NCBI GenBank assembly: GCA_963705505.1
Contig: CAVPJU010000006.1
Span: 224,001-288,000, forward strand
DNA from: an uncultured bacterium
Lineage (GTDB): Bacteria > Desulfobacterota_D > UBA1144 > Nemesobacterales > UBA2774
Reading direction: 5' to 3'
Length of the DNA: 64,000 nt
This document shows positions 11,170-22,180 of this stretch, in pieces. Position 1 is the first letter of the stretch. Every line of letters begins with the position of its first letter. Below the pieces are notes generated by a model. The model ran no database searches, was not told the origin of the DNA, and saw nothing but the letters and a program-made list of their open reading frames with translations. Made by a program: the position numbers and the translations under genes.

Positions 11170-11904
11170 ATGAAGACCATCAAGCTTACAATCGAATACG
11201 ACGGGACTAACTATGTCGGCTGGCAGAGGCAGCTATCGGGTCCGACCATACAGGAAAAGATCGAAACGTCACTCCGAGCCATGACCGGGGAGAATATAAA
11301 ACTCTCGGGGTCCGGCAGGACAGACTCCGGCGTGCACGCTCTCGGACAGGTCGCGAGCTTCAAGACCCAGATCAGACTCAGTCCCGCCGAGATTCAGAAA
11401 GGGCTCAATTCCATGCTGCCGAAAGATATAGTGATAATAGCCGCGGAGGAAGCGGACCCCGGCTTTCACGCCCAGCTCTCCGCCGAGAGTAAAACCTATA
11501 TCTATAAGATATTGAACCGTCCTTTTCCGTCCGCTATATTGAGGGAGAGGGCTTGGTTCATGCCTTACCCGCTAAACGCCCGCTTCATGAACGAAGCCGC
11601 CCGTATGCTTCTCGGGGAACACGACTTCAGAGCCTTTACACAATCCGAATCGTCCGTTAAGTCAACTGTCAGGACCGTTCTTCACGCCGGTATCGAAACC
11701 AAGAGAGATATTCTGGAATTCCGTATCGAGGCCGACGGATTCCTTAAAAGAATGGTCAGGCTTATTGTCGGGACCCTCGTTCAGGTCGGTAAGGAAAAAA
11801 TTACCCCCGAGCAATTCCATGAAATTCTGGAATCGGGGGAAAAAACGAAGTTCGTGCACGCTGCACCCGCCCGCGGGCTGTACTTAAAAGAGGTCAGATA
11901 TTAA
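11170..11904 (+). CDS. truA: tRNA pseudouridine(38-40) synthase
   Basis: YDGTNYVGWQ, GRTDSGVHA, GEHDFRAF, APARGLYL. Confidence 0.97.
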   Translation: MKTIKLTIEYDGTNYVGWQRQLSGPTIQEKIETSLRAMTGENIKLSGSGRTDSGVHALGQVASFKTQIRLSPAEIQKGLNSMLPKDIVIIAAEEADPGFHAQLSAESKTYIYKILNRPFPSAILRERAWFMPYPLNARFMNEAARMLLGEHDFRAFTQSESSVKSTVRTVLHAGIETKRDILEFRIEADGFLKRMVRLIVGTLVQVGKEKITPEQFHEILESGEKTKFVHAAPARGLYLKEVRY

Positions 11905-11968
11905 TTCATGTATAATCCCTTGCGAACGCCCGAAACGTAGAATATCCGCTCAGGGGAGGTAACGAAAT

Positions 11969-12728
11969 ATGAAGATTCTGAGATTCGAAACACACGATAT
12001 AAAAACAAGATACGGCACTCCCGCCTACGGCAAAATAAAAGAGCTCGAGGGCGATATATTCGGGAAATTCAAAATTACCGAGCATACGTTCGATCCCGAT
12101 GAAGTTAAATTGCTCCCTCCCGTAACGCCGACGAAGATAGTCGCGGTGGGACTTAACTACAAGGACCATGCAGCGGAAATGGGGAGGGAACTGCCCGAAG
12201 AGCCCCGGATATTCATCAAGCCCAGCACATCTGTAATCGGACACGGGGACAAAATAATATATCCGGGTCATATGTCCTCACATGTCGATTACGAAGGGGA
12301 GCTCGCACTCGTGATAAGAAAGACGGCACGGCATGTCGAAGAAGCCGATGCGCTCGATTACGTGCTCGGCTACACATGCCTAAACGACGTCACGGCGCGG
12401 GACCTACAGGCTAAAGACATACAGTTCACGCGGGCAAAGGGTTTCGATACATTCGCCCCCGTGGGCCCTGTAATCGAGACCGACGTCGACCCGAGCGACC
12501 TCAAGATATCGACTTATTGTGAACGGCGAAAGGAAGCAGCATTCAAGCACTAAAAACCTGCTCTTCAGCGTGCCCAGGCTCGTGAGCTTCATATCGAAGG
12601 TTATGACACTCCTGCCGGGGGACATTATTTCGACAGGCACTCCCGCCGGGGTAAGCCCCATAAAGAGCGGTGATAAAGTGGAAGTGGAGATCGAGGGCAT
12701 AGGCGTGCTTTCAAATTACGTCGAGTAA
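11969..12728 (+). CDS. Fumarylacetoacetate hydrolase family protein (frameshift near 12518)
   Basis: [31 protein letters not shown]; continues in ORF 12519..12728 with [14 protein letters not shown]. Confidence 0.9.
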
Positions 12729-12758
12729 TTCCGCATAGGACATCTCACAGGCTCCCAG

Positions 12759-14725
12759 TCAGTAGTTCATATTAGTTTCGTTCTGAATCGATTTCGCTTC
12801 GTTTATAATTTCAGGATCAGCAGTAAATTCGAGAGCTGCTCCAGCCTGCTCCATGGCTTTCTGTCTGTCTCCGAAGGCCAGATAAAGCTTAGCAAGAAGG
12901 ATATTCGCTTGGGCAAATCTCGGGTCGTATTTAAGCGCATTCTTGAGCGAGCCCTCTGCAAGCCTGTATTTATCGACGGATTTCTCACGAATTGCTTCTG
13001 TGAAATATATCGACCCCAGAAAATAATGAGCCTTAACGAGTCCAGGGTCTTTGTCGAGCGCTTTCAGGAGATACATCTTTGCATTCTCCGGATCATTTTT
13101 TTTATAAGAAATAAAACCCATATAAAAATAATACTGGCTCCGCATACCCAGGGCTATATTCAAGGGCCGCCTTAAACCATTTTTCAGCTTTTACGAAATC
13201 TCCTTTAGCAATATATGCGATGCCGAGTCCATGTGCGGCCATAACTCTGCCCCTGTAATCACTATCAATAGCTGGACTCAGCGCCGTTAAGAACTGATTT
13301 ATGGCCTCATCGGTTCGTCCTGTTGACTCGAGCGCTTCACCATACCTTAACTTTGGGACAATCTGATCAGGGGATTTCCTCACAGCCGCTTCCCAAAACG
13401 TGAGTTCGTCCCTCCAATTCTCTTGCCCCTTTACAATTACAAACAGATAAGACACGCACAACAATCCCCCGATGACCCAGCTCAGCCATTTTTGTCCGAT
13501 CAAGCTACCCGCCCTCACAAGCAAGTACCCTACGAGCATGCAGTAGCCCGCCGAAGGCACGTAAACGAACCTCTCGGCAAAACGTGTTATCGCAAGCGGA
13601 TATAAAGCGATAATTACGGCGGGACCGAGAGTCGCGAAAATCCACAGGAGCGAGAAGGCGGAAACGTTCTCCTTTTTCCTTATCGAGATCACGAAAGCCG
13701 CGGTAACAGCAGCCACGAGCAATAGCGAAATAATTATGTGCGACGCGTCTCCGCCCGCAATAGTCCCAATGAAGTGGTTTAAATCGTATGGGAAGAGCAG
13801 TTTCTCAATATAAAATAGATAAGTCCCAAGAAAAAGGGTTATGAATACCTCCGGGGCCAGTAAATCTCCCCTGTCGGGTGTGAAGCCGCTTATCACCCAG
13901 CAAGCCGGAAAAATTCATTATAGACCCGAACCTGGTGTAAAAGTAAAAAACGATCAGAAGAGCGATCATCAGGTACTTGAAAATACTGGCGCGTGCATAG
14001 AATCTCCTGCTGATGAGGTCAAAGCCGAGGATAATGATGGGGAAAGAAAAAGCGACCTCTTTAGAAAGAAATGAAAGATAAAAACAGATACCTGCCAAGA
14101 TAATGAAAAGAAACTTTCTATAGGACATGATATAGAAGATAAGACATAACAGGAAGAACATCGCCGCAAGCAGATCGCCTCTGGCGGCTATAAACGAAAC
14201 CGATTCGACATGCAGCGGAAATAGGGCAAAAAGCATGGCCCCGAGGAACGCTTCGCTCTTTCCGCTCCCCCTATTAAATTCCTTAAACAGGAGGAGAATC
14301 AGGAAGAAAAGCAGTACCGTAGACACGGAATGCAGAACTGATATTGGTCAGATGAAATCCGAACGGGGATACGCCCCAGATCCTGTTATCTATGACGAGT
14401 GAAGCAAAATAGACCGGCCTGAAATACTTGTCTGTGCTTTGCATTCTTCGACCTTGAGGGGACTAATCAGCTTGAAATCCAGATGGGAGGATTTGAGATT
14501 TGGGGCCCAAGTTTTGACATAGGTAATATCGTCCCAAACGAGGCCGTTTCGGAGTGAGGGAATAAACACTGAAAAAGAAACCAGAAATAATAACGCGGCA
14601 GCGAACGCCCTGTGCATTAATATTCGTTTGATTCTTCCGTCAGCCAAGCCCCCGCTTAGGGAAGGCCCGGCGGACCGCCTTTCCGCAGGCTCCTGTTTTG
14701 GTTTTTTTCTTTTCCTGCTTGCCAT
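12759..14725 (-). CDS. TMTC-like GT-C protein O-mannosyltransferase with C-terminal TPRs (several frameshifts)
   Basis: LVWDD, HVESVSFIAARGD, SKE, AERFVY, W.DE..FW motifs and TPRs across ORFs 14390-14725, 13805-14326, 13102-13896 and 12759-13163. Confidence 0.8.
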
Positions 14726-14786
14726 ACTTTTAATTAAAAACCTTTGTTATTGAAATAGGAATTTTCTCCGCACTAATGAACCGGGT

Positions 14787-16570
14787 TCAATCCGTGGATT
14801 CTATTATCCTCCCGGCTTTTTGAGCCAATGAATCTGTGAGGCCGCTATTCAATGGCAAGCCTTGCGTTCTCCCTCGCTTTTTCTCTTTCCCCGAGCTCTA
14901 AATTCACCATGGCAAGCAAGAGATATGCTTTGCCGTACGAGGGGCGGATTTTTAATGCATTCGTTATATACTTTTCCGAGGTCCTGAAATCCTCCGGCGA
15001 CCCGCCTGACTTTCCCTTTTAAATAGCTGACAAGCCCCAGGTGATAGCTGGTCTTATAATATCCGGGATCGTATCCGTAGGCTTTGAGAAACCATTTTTC
15101 TGCGTTAGGGATATCCTCCTTGCTAATATACACAACGCCGATATTGTTAGCTGTCACCGACCTTCCGGTGTCATTGATTTTTACGCCTTTGTCGAAATTC
15201 CTGAGAAGCTCCCTCAAGGCTTCGTCATCCCTGCCGGCGTCGAGGAGAGCAATACCGTAATTTATACGGGGAATAGAGCTCAGAGGGGACTTCTTTACAG
15301 TATCCTCCCACAAGGTTAAACCGTTTTTCCACGCTCCCTGCCGATCGACGGTAAATAATAAATAGGAAGCCGCCAAAAGAAAAGCTAACGCCAGAGAAAC
15401 CTTTTCTTTCCCGACGCTCTTTCCCAGGTGAATGAGGGCGCATCCGAGGAGCAGGCAAAAACCGGCTGACGGTATGTATAAATACCTCTCCGCTACAGGC
15501 GTCGAGGCGATATCGGATAGAGCTACGAGGGCAGAGGGGAAAAGCGTGACCAGTATCCAGATCAGAGAGAACCCGGCTACGTTCTCCCTCTTCATTATCG
15601 AATATAATACCGAAAGCGATATGAGGAAAAATACTATAATCGCGGAAATTATATATAGCGGCCCGCCGGGCACCGATTCGATAAAGGCGTTAAATTCGAA
15701 TGGGAAAAGGAGCTTCGAGAAATAATAGAGATATGAAACAAGCATGACTTTTATTACTCCCAGGAGCCCGGCTGCACCGCCTGCGCCCGCGGGACCAGTG
15801 ACCTCGCTCAATACCCTCATTTGCGATAGCTCCGGGAAATTTATAAATCCCCTCCCCCTTAAATAAAGGAATAGCGCAAGAAGGCACGCATACACCGCAT
15901 ACCTCGCTATACCGGCCGGCCTCCACAGCCTCCGGCTCAGAAGATCGAAAGCCAGGGCCGCTAACGGAAATACCACCGCCACCTCTTTTGACATGAGCGA
16001 GAGCGAAAAGCTGACCGCTGTCAGGAGGATGTAGAGAGGATTCCTCAATGAAAGTATATGGAATATAAAAGCGAGGAAGAAGAAGAGGGCGCAGAGCACA
16101 TCCGGTCTCCCTGAAACCCAGGATACGGACTCCACGTGCATGGGGTAAAAGGCAAAGAGGATGCCGGCAATAACGGCTGCCGTATCTTTTCTTTCGAATT
16201 TGAACTCCCCGAGCAGAAGAAGGACTAACAAATAGAAAAAAACCGCGGAGAGGGCATTGAAAACGATGTTGCTCAGATGAAAGCCGAAAGCCGAAACCCC
16301 CCAGATCCCCTTATCCAGAACCATAGAAATATAAATCAGGGGACGGTAATAGAGAGCCTCCTTGTTTTCCGCCGGGGGAGGCACGGTTATAGAGCCTATC
16401 CTCGATGCATTGAGCGCGTAGTAGCTGTTTTCAATAGTCTCCACGTCGTCCCAGACGAATTCGTTCCTCAGGGAAGGAATATAGACCCCCAGAGCAATGA
16501 GGAAAAAGAGAAGAGAAACCAACCACCTTTTCCGCAGGAAGCTCACTAATCTTACCTCTCGGGAAAGCAA
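14787..16570 (-). CDS. TMTC-like GT-C protein O-mannosyltransferase with C-terminal TPRs (frameshifts near 3' end)
   Basis: FVWDD, YYRPL, HVESVSWVSGRPD, SKE, AERYLY, TPR. A shifted frame continues ...YGKAYLLLAMVNLELGEREKA...IIESTD* to 14787. Confidence 0.85.
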
Positions 16571-16737
16571 CGCCTCTCCGTAACCTGTTATTCGGCTAAA
16601 TACCGAAAATGAAAAATTATTCTACGCTTTGGGTATTTTATTTCAAACCCGGCATTTGTGACGGGGAGGGCTTCCGCCCGAGTTCCGCGGTAGGTAAAAT
16701 ACGATGCGTTTAAAAAAGATCGAAAAGGAGATGCAGA

Positions 16738-17811
16738 TTGCCTAAGGTACTCGTACTTCCCGGTGACGGTATAGGTGTTGAAGTTACTAATGTGAGCCTG
16801 GACATACTCAAAATATTGGGAGAGAAGCACAGGACCGAATTCGAATTCGAGACCGAGCTATTCGGGGGAAGCTCGATTGACGCGCACGGGGTCCCGATAA
16901 CAAAAGAAGTGCTTAAAAAAGCGAAGGCCTCGGACGCGGTTTTGATGGGGGCCGTAGGGGGACCTAAATGGGAGAACCTCGAGCATTCGAAGAAACCGGA
17001 AAGCGGCCTCCTCGCAATTAGAAAGGAGCTCGACACATTTGCCAACCTGAGACCCGCCGTCGTATACCCCGCACTCGCAGACGCCTCGACGCTGAAGAGG
17101 GAAGTCGTCGAAGGGACGGATATCATGGTGGTGAGGGAGCTTACCGGCGGTATATATTTCGGCACCCCGCGGGGAATAGAGAAGATATCCGAGACCGAGG
17201 AAAGGGGGTTCAACACGCTCGTATATACGACCGGGGAGATCGTAAGGATCGCGAGGGTCGCCTTCGATATTGCAAGGAAGAGACGCAACAAGGTGACGTC
17301 CATAGACAAAGCGAACGTGCTCGAAGTGATGCAGCTCTGGAGGACCGTCGTGACGAGGGTCCGCGATACGGAATATCCCGATGTGGAGCTTGAGCACCTG
17401 TACGTGGACAACGCAGCCATGCAGCTCATAAGAAGACCCAGGAGCTTCGACGTGATGCTCGCGGGCAATTTGTTCGGCGACATTATTAGCGATGAGGCAG
17501 CGCAGCTAACAGGCTCTCTCGGAATGCTGCCATCGGCGAGCATCGGCGCCGGGGCAATCTACGAGCCTGTCCACGGGAGCGCTCCCGATATCGCCGGACA
17601 GGATATAGCAAACCCGATAGCCTCGGTGCTCACTTCGGGGATGATGCTGAAATACTCATTCGACATGGACGAGGCCGCAAACGACATCGAAAATGCCGTC
17701 AGATCGGTGCTTGATAAAGGATACAGGACGGCAGATATATACCAGGAAGGGACTAAAAGAGTCGGGTGCGCGGAGATGGGGAAGCTGATTGCCCGGGAAC
17801 TTAACGGCTGA
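16738..17811 (+). CDS. leuB: 3-isopropylmalate dehydrogenase
   Basis: LPGDGIG, GAVGGPKW, ANLRP, RELTGGIYFG, DKANVL, NLFGDIISD, EPVHGSAPDIAG. Confidence 0.97.
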   Translation: MPKVLVLPGDGIGVEVTNVSLDILKILGEKHRTEFEFETELFGGSSIDAHGVPITKEVLKKAKASDAVLMGAVGGPKWENLEHSKKPESGLLAIRKELDTFANLRPAVVYPALADASTLKREVVEGTDIMVVRELTGGIYFGTPRGIEKISETEERGFNTLVYTTGEIVRIARVAFDIARKRRNKVTSIDKANVLEVMQLWRTVVTRVRDTEYPDVELEHLYVDNAAMQLIRRPRSFDVMLAGNLFGDIISDEAAQLTGSLGMLPSASIGAGAIYEPVHGSAPDIAGQDIANPIASVLTSGMMLKYSFDMDEAANDIENAVRSVLDKGYRTADIYQEGTKRVGCAEMGKLIARELNG

Positions 17812-17837
17812 AATCCGCCCCGTATATACTATTCAGA

Positions 17838-20800
17838 GTGAAAAACAAAACCCGCTTCAAATATGAAAGCGTAAATAAGACGCTAGACCAGAGCGGTAAA
17901 TTCAGAAGCCTCTGTAAAAAGATCGAGGCCGGGGAGAGGATAATTCCGCTTTCGGGTCTTGAAGGGTCGTCAAAATATTTTCTCATTCAGGCTCTATACA
18001 GGGCTTTTGACAGACCCATCCTTTTAATTTCCCCCACCGGAAAAAAGGCGGAAGCCGCCTCTCAGGACTTGTCCTTTTTTCTCGGCAAGAAACCGCCGGT
18101 CCTCTTAAAAAAAGAAATAGGGAGCGGGAAACCCATATTTTCCTCGACCGCCACGAGGTCGGGCTCCAACCGGATAGCCTGGCTTGACTCCGCAATCAGG
18201 GGAGACGTTTTAATCGCCGAAACATCGGGCCTCTTTGAGAAAACGATCCCAAAAAAAACTTTTGAGGATTCGGTCATCCGGATCGAAAGAGGGGGGATTC
18301 TCGAGAGGGATGAGCTGATACGGAGGCTCACGCAATCGGGCTACGTGCGTACCGACTTCGTTCAGAACGAGGGCGATATAAGCTCGAGGGGCTCCATAGT
18401 GGACGTATTTTCCCCCGGAGGCGAAAACCCGGTGAGACTCGAATTTATCGGGGACGAAATAGGCTCGATCAGACATTTCAGTCTCGAAAGCCAGAAATCC
18501 ATGGACAAAATAGAGAGCGTCGCGGTCCTCCCGGCATCCGAAGTGATACTGGGCCCGGATTCGCTCGCAAGATCGATTACTTATCTTAAAAACAGGGCCG
18601 GCGAAAGCGGAATCACCGCCCGCGAAAAATTCCCCGTCATAGAGGAGATCGAGAAAGGGGGCAGGATCCCGAACATCGAATGGATGCTCCCGGCTTTTTA
18701 CCCGTCTCCGGGCTCGGTGCTCGATTTCCTGCCCGGGAACGCCCTGATCATAACGGACGATCCCGAAGAAAACTCGAATGCAATTCATCGCTTCCGCGAA
18801 ACGATCGGCGAGACGAAGGCATTTTTAACAAAAAACCTGAAGATCGCTCCCGGCATAGATGAGCTCTTTTTCACCGAAGACGAGGTCAAAAAGGCGATAG
18901 AAAGATTTCAGAATATACCGATACACGACCTCGATACCGCCGGGGCGAAAAAAGAAGTAATCCGTTTCAGCGGAGAGTCCGTCTCAATCGAGATCAGAAA
19001 GGAATCGGAGTCTCCTCTCGACGCGATAGAGGAAAGGATTTACGAGGACCGGCAAGACGGTTACTCGCTCCATTTCGTTTTCAGGACTCATACGGAGCTT
19101 GAGAAATTACTTATTCTCCTGAAAGAGAGGGGAATAACAAAAATAGATGCGTACACGGGCGAGTTATCGCGCGGCTTCAGGTTAGCCGAAGCGAAAATAG
19201 AAATCATAACCGAGGGGGACATATTCGGGGAAAAGAAGGAGAGGGCGGCTCACAGAAGGGGTACGGATGTCCCGTCCGCATTCATCACTTCGTTCAGCGA
19301 GCTCAAGCCGGGCGATTACATCGTGCACGTGGATTTCGGCATAGGGATATTCAGAAGCCTCAAGAGGCTCAGGATCGGGGACTCCGAGGGGGACTTTATC
19401 CAGTGCGAATACGCCGGGGGAGACAAGATCTACGTGCCTATAGACAGGCTCAAGCTGGTCCAGAGGTACATAGGCGAGGGCAAGTCGCCGAAAATAGACA
19501 GGCTCGGGCAGGAGAGCTGGAAGAGGCGCGTAAGGAGGGTAAGGGCAGCCGTCGAGAACGTGGCGAGGGAGCTTCTCGAGCTCTATGCCCGGAGAAAAGC
19601 GCTCAAGGGATACGGTTATTCCCCGCGGGGCGAGATGTTCAGGGAGTTCGAGCTCGGATTCTCATACGAAGAAACACCGGACCAGGAAGCGGCGATCGAG
19701 GAAGTGATGGACGATATGGAGGCGCCGAGGCCCATGGACAGACTGATCTGCGGGGACGTCGGGTTCGGGAAAACGGAGGTAGCGCTGAGAGCGGCCTTCA
19801 GGGCCGTCACGGACGGCAAGCAGGTCGCATTCCTCGTACCCACCACACTTCTCGCAGACCAGCATCACAAGACGGCCGTCGCGAGACTGAAGGGCTACCC
19901 GGTCGTCATTGAATCGCTGTCCAGGTTCAAGACGGGCAAACAGGAGAGCGGCATACGGTCGAAGCTCGAAGAGGGGAAGATAGATGTTATAATCGGCACG
20001 CACAAGCTTCTGAGCGACAAGATAAAATTCAAGGACCTGGGGCTCGTGATAATCGACGAAGAGCACAGGTTCGGAGTGTCTCAGAAGGAAAAGCTCAGAA
20101 AGATAAAAGAGGGGGTCGATACGATTTCTCTGAGCGCGACCCCTATACCCAGGACGCTTCAGCTCTCACTCGCCAAGATACGGGATATCAGTCTTATAAA
20201 CACGCCCCCGGAAGGCAGGCAGACTATAGAGACGTATATACATCACTCGAGCCCGGAGATCATACACGAAGCGGTGACGAGAGAGCTCGAGCGCGGGGGG
20301 TGCGTATTCTTCATCCACAACCGCATAGAGGATATCTACCGTGTCGCGGACAAAGTCAGAAAGCTATTTCCCGAAGCCAGGATCGAGGTCACACACGGAA
20401 GGATGAGGGAGAGAGACCTGGAAAAAGCGATTTCAAATTTCATAGAAGGCGGAATAGACATACTCGTCACGACAGCGATCGTGGAATCGGGGCTCGATAT
20501 TCCGAGAGCCAACACGATAATCGTCGACGACGCCCACACGTTCGGGCTCGCGGACCTCTATCAGCTGAGAGGGAGGGTCGGGAGGTCGGAGAGGAAGGCA
20601 TACGCATATTTCCTCGTACCGGGAGCGGGCTCCCTCACACTCGACGCGAGGAGGAGGCTGAAGGCGATATCCGAATTCAGGGAGCTCGGCTCGGGGTTCA
20701 AGCTCGCGCTCTCGGACCTAGAGATAAGGGGAGCCGGACAGCTTTTCGGAGTCGAGCAATCGGGACATATAGCCGATGTCGGGCTCGAGCTTTATCTCGA

Positions 20801-21293
20801 CATGCTGGAGGGAGCCGTAAGGAGGCTCGAAGGACACCGGGCGGAGGACGAACCCGAGCCGGATATATCCGTAAGCTCGCCGGCATTCATACCGGACGAT
20901 TACGTCTCAAACGATTCGGAGAGACTGCTCATATACAAGAGATTGTCATCCGTGACCACCGAAGAGGGGCTCAGGGAAATAACGGGGGAGCTCCGGGACA
21001 GGTTCGGTGAAATCCCCGCGCCCGCGTCTTCGCTCGTCGAAATCATAGGCCTGAAATTACTGATGAAAAAACTCAGGGCAGAGAAAGCCGACATAAGGAG
21101 CAAGAAAGCCGTTATAATGTTCTCAAAAAATTCGAAGCTCTACGACAGGTTCCCCCCGGCGGGAAAATTGGAGGCCTACTTCGAGAAACCCGACCCCCTC
21201 GGGGAAACAAAAAAACTACTCGAAAACCTTAGAAATGCCGATGCCGGAGAAAAAATACAAGGGACAAAATTCAGAGGAGACAAGAGAGCATGA
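17838..21293 (+). CDS. mfd: Transcription-repair coupling factor
   Basis: UvrB-homology region, RID (VHVDFGIG), GDVGFGKT, DEEHRFG, SATPIPRT, QLRGRVGR, TRG motif. Confidence 0.97.
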   Translation: MKNKTRFKYESVNKTLDQSGKFRSLCKKIEAGERIIPLSGLEGSSKYFLIQALYRAFDRPILLISPTGKKAEAASQDLSFFLGKKPPVLLKKEIGSGKPIFSSTATRSGSNRIAWLDSAIRGDVLIAETSGLFEKTIPKKTFEDSVIRIERGGILERDELIRRLTQSGYVRTDFVQNEGDISSRGSIVDVFSPGGENPVRLEFIGDEIGSIRHFSLESQKSMDKIESVAVLPASEVILGPDSLARSITYLKNRAGESGITAREKFPVIEEIEKGGRIPNIEWMLPAFYPSPGSVLDFLPGNALIITDDPEENSNAIHRFRETIGETKAFLTKNLKIAPGIDELFFTEDEVKKAIERFQNIPIHDLDTAGAKKEVIRFSGESVSIEIRKESESPLDAIEERIYEDRQDGYSLHFVFRTHTELEKLLILLKERGITKIDAYTGELSRGFRLAEAKIEIITEGDIFGEKKERAAHRRGTDVPSAFITSFSELKPGDYIVHVDFGIGIFRSLKRLRIGDSEGDFIQCEYAGGDKIYVPIDRLKLVQRYIGEGKSPKIDRLGQESWKRRVRRVRAAVENVARELLELYARRKALKGYGYSPRGEMFREFELGFSYEETPDQEAAIEEVMDDMEAPRPMDRLICGDVGFGKTEVALRAAFRAVTDGKQVAFLVPTTLLADQHHKTAVARLKGYPVVIESLSRFKTGKQESGIRSKLEEGKIDVIIGTHKLLSDKIKFKDLGLVIIDEEHRFGVSQKEKLRKIKEGVDTISLSATPIPRTLQLSLAKIRDISLINTPPEGRQTIETYIHHSSPEIIHEAVTRELERGGCVFFIHNRIEDIYRVADKVRKLFPEARIEVTHGRMRERDLEKAISNFIEGGIDILVTTAIVESGLDIPRANTIIVDDAHTFGLADLYQLRGRVGRSERKAYAYFLVPGAGSLTLDARRRLKAISEFRELGSGFKLALSDLEIRGAGQLFGVEQSGHIADVGLELYLDMLEGAVRRLEGHRAEDEPEPDISVSSPAFIPDDYVSNDSERLLIYKRLSSVTTEEGLREITGELRDRFGEIPAPASSLVEIIGLKLLMKKLRAEKADIRSKKAVIMFSKNSKLYDRFPPAGKLEAYFEKPDPLGETKKLLENLRNADAGEKIQGTKFRGDKRA

Positions 21294-22180
21294 GATTCCT
21301 GGCCATATTATCGGTTATCGCAATACTCGCCGGCTGTAGCGATTTTAACGACTTTTACAAAGCCAAAGTAAGCGGAAAGAGAGAAAAAGGAGCGGGCCCG
21401 GAGGTTATTGCCGTCGTCGGCTCAGATGAGATCACGAAGGACGACCTCATGAGGGCCCTCGAGAGACTTCCCTATAAACAAAGGAAGCTCTATCAATCCT
21501 CACCCCAAAAAATGAACGAGTTCCTGGATTCCTATATCAATCAAAAGGTCTTATATTCGGAAGCCGTGAAAAGGGGAACGGATAAAAGAAAGGATGTTCT
21601 TGAAAAGACTGAGAATTTTAAAATAAAGCTCATCGGACAGACCTTCGGTCAGGAGATTTTGAAGAACATTAAAGTCAGTCAGGACGAAATACGAAACTAT
21701 TATCAGGTACATAAAAATGACTACGAGGAGATAGGCATAAGCGAGATTTTCATAAAAACCGACCCTGAAAAGGGGCTTACGAAGGAAAAGGCGCTTGCGG
21801 AGGCGGAGGCCGTTTCGGAGAGGGCTAAAGCCGGCGAGAGCTGGGAAAAACTCGTTGAGGAGTATTCCGACGACGCGGTATCAAGAAAAAAGGGCGGCAA
21901 TGCGGGGTATATACAAAGGGGCAAATTCGCCCCTGAAATAGATGATCAGTTATTCGGGATGAAAAAAGGGGAAATAACAAATCCGCTGGAAGTTAACGGG
22001 GGATACTTTATAATTAAAATAGATGAGGGAGCACGGTTTTTGCCCGACGGCCAGGTGAGCCGCAAGATTGAATCCCGGATAATAAACGAAAAGCTTATCG
22101 AATATGTAAACGGTCTTAGGGAAGAATGGGGGGTAGAGGTTTACAGAGACAGATTAGAGGAGAGTGTGAAAAGTGATTAA
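21290..22180 (+). CDS. PpiC-type peptidyl-prolyl isomerase, lipoprotein
   Basis: Lipobox LAGC; YSDD...GGNAG rotamase motif; follows mfd. Confidence 0.85.
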   Translation: MRFLAILSVIAILAGCSDFNDFYKAKVSGKREKGAGPEVIAVVGSDEITKDDLMRALERLPYKQRKLYQSSPQKMNEFLDSYINQKVLYSEAVKRGTDKRKDVLEKTENFKIKLIGQTFGQEILKNIKVSQDEIRNYYQVHKNDYEEIGISEIFIKTDPEKGLTKEKALAEAEAVSERAKAGESWEKLVEEYSDDAVSRKKGGNAGYIQRGKFAPEIDDQLFGMKKGEITNPLEVNGGYFIIKIDEGARFLPDGQVSRKIESRIINEKLIEYVNGLREEWGVEVYRDRLEESVKSD

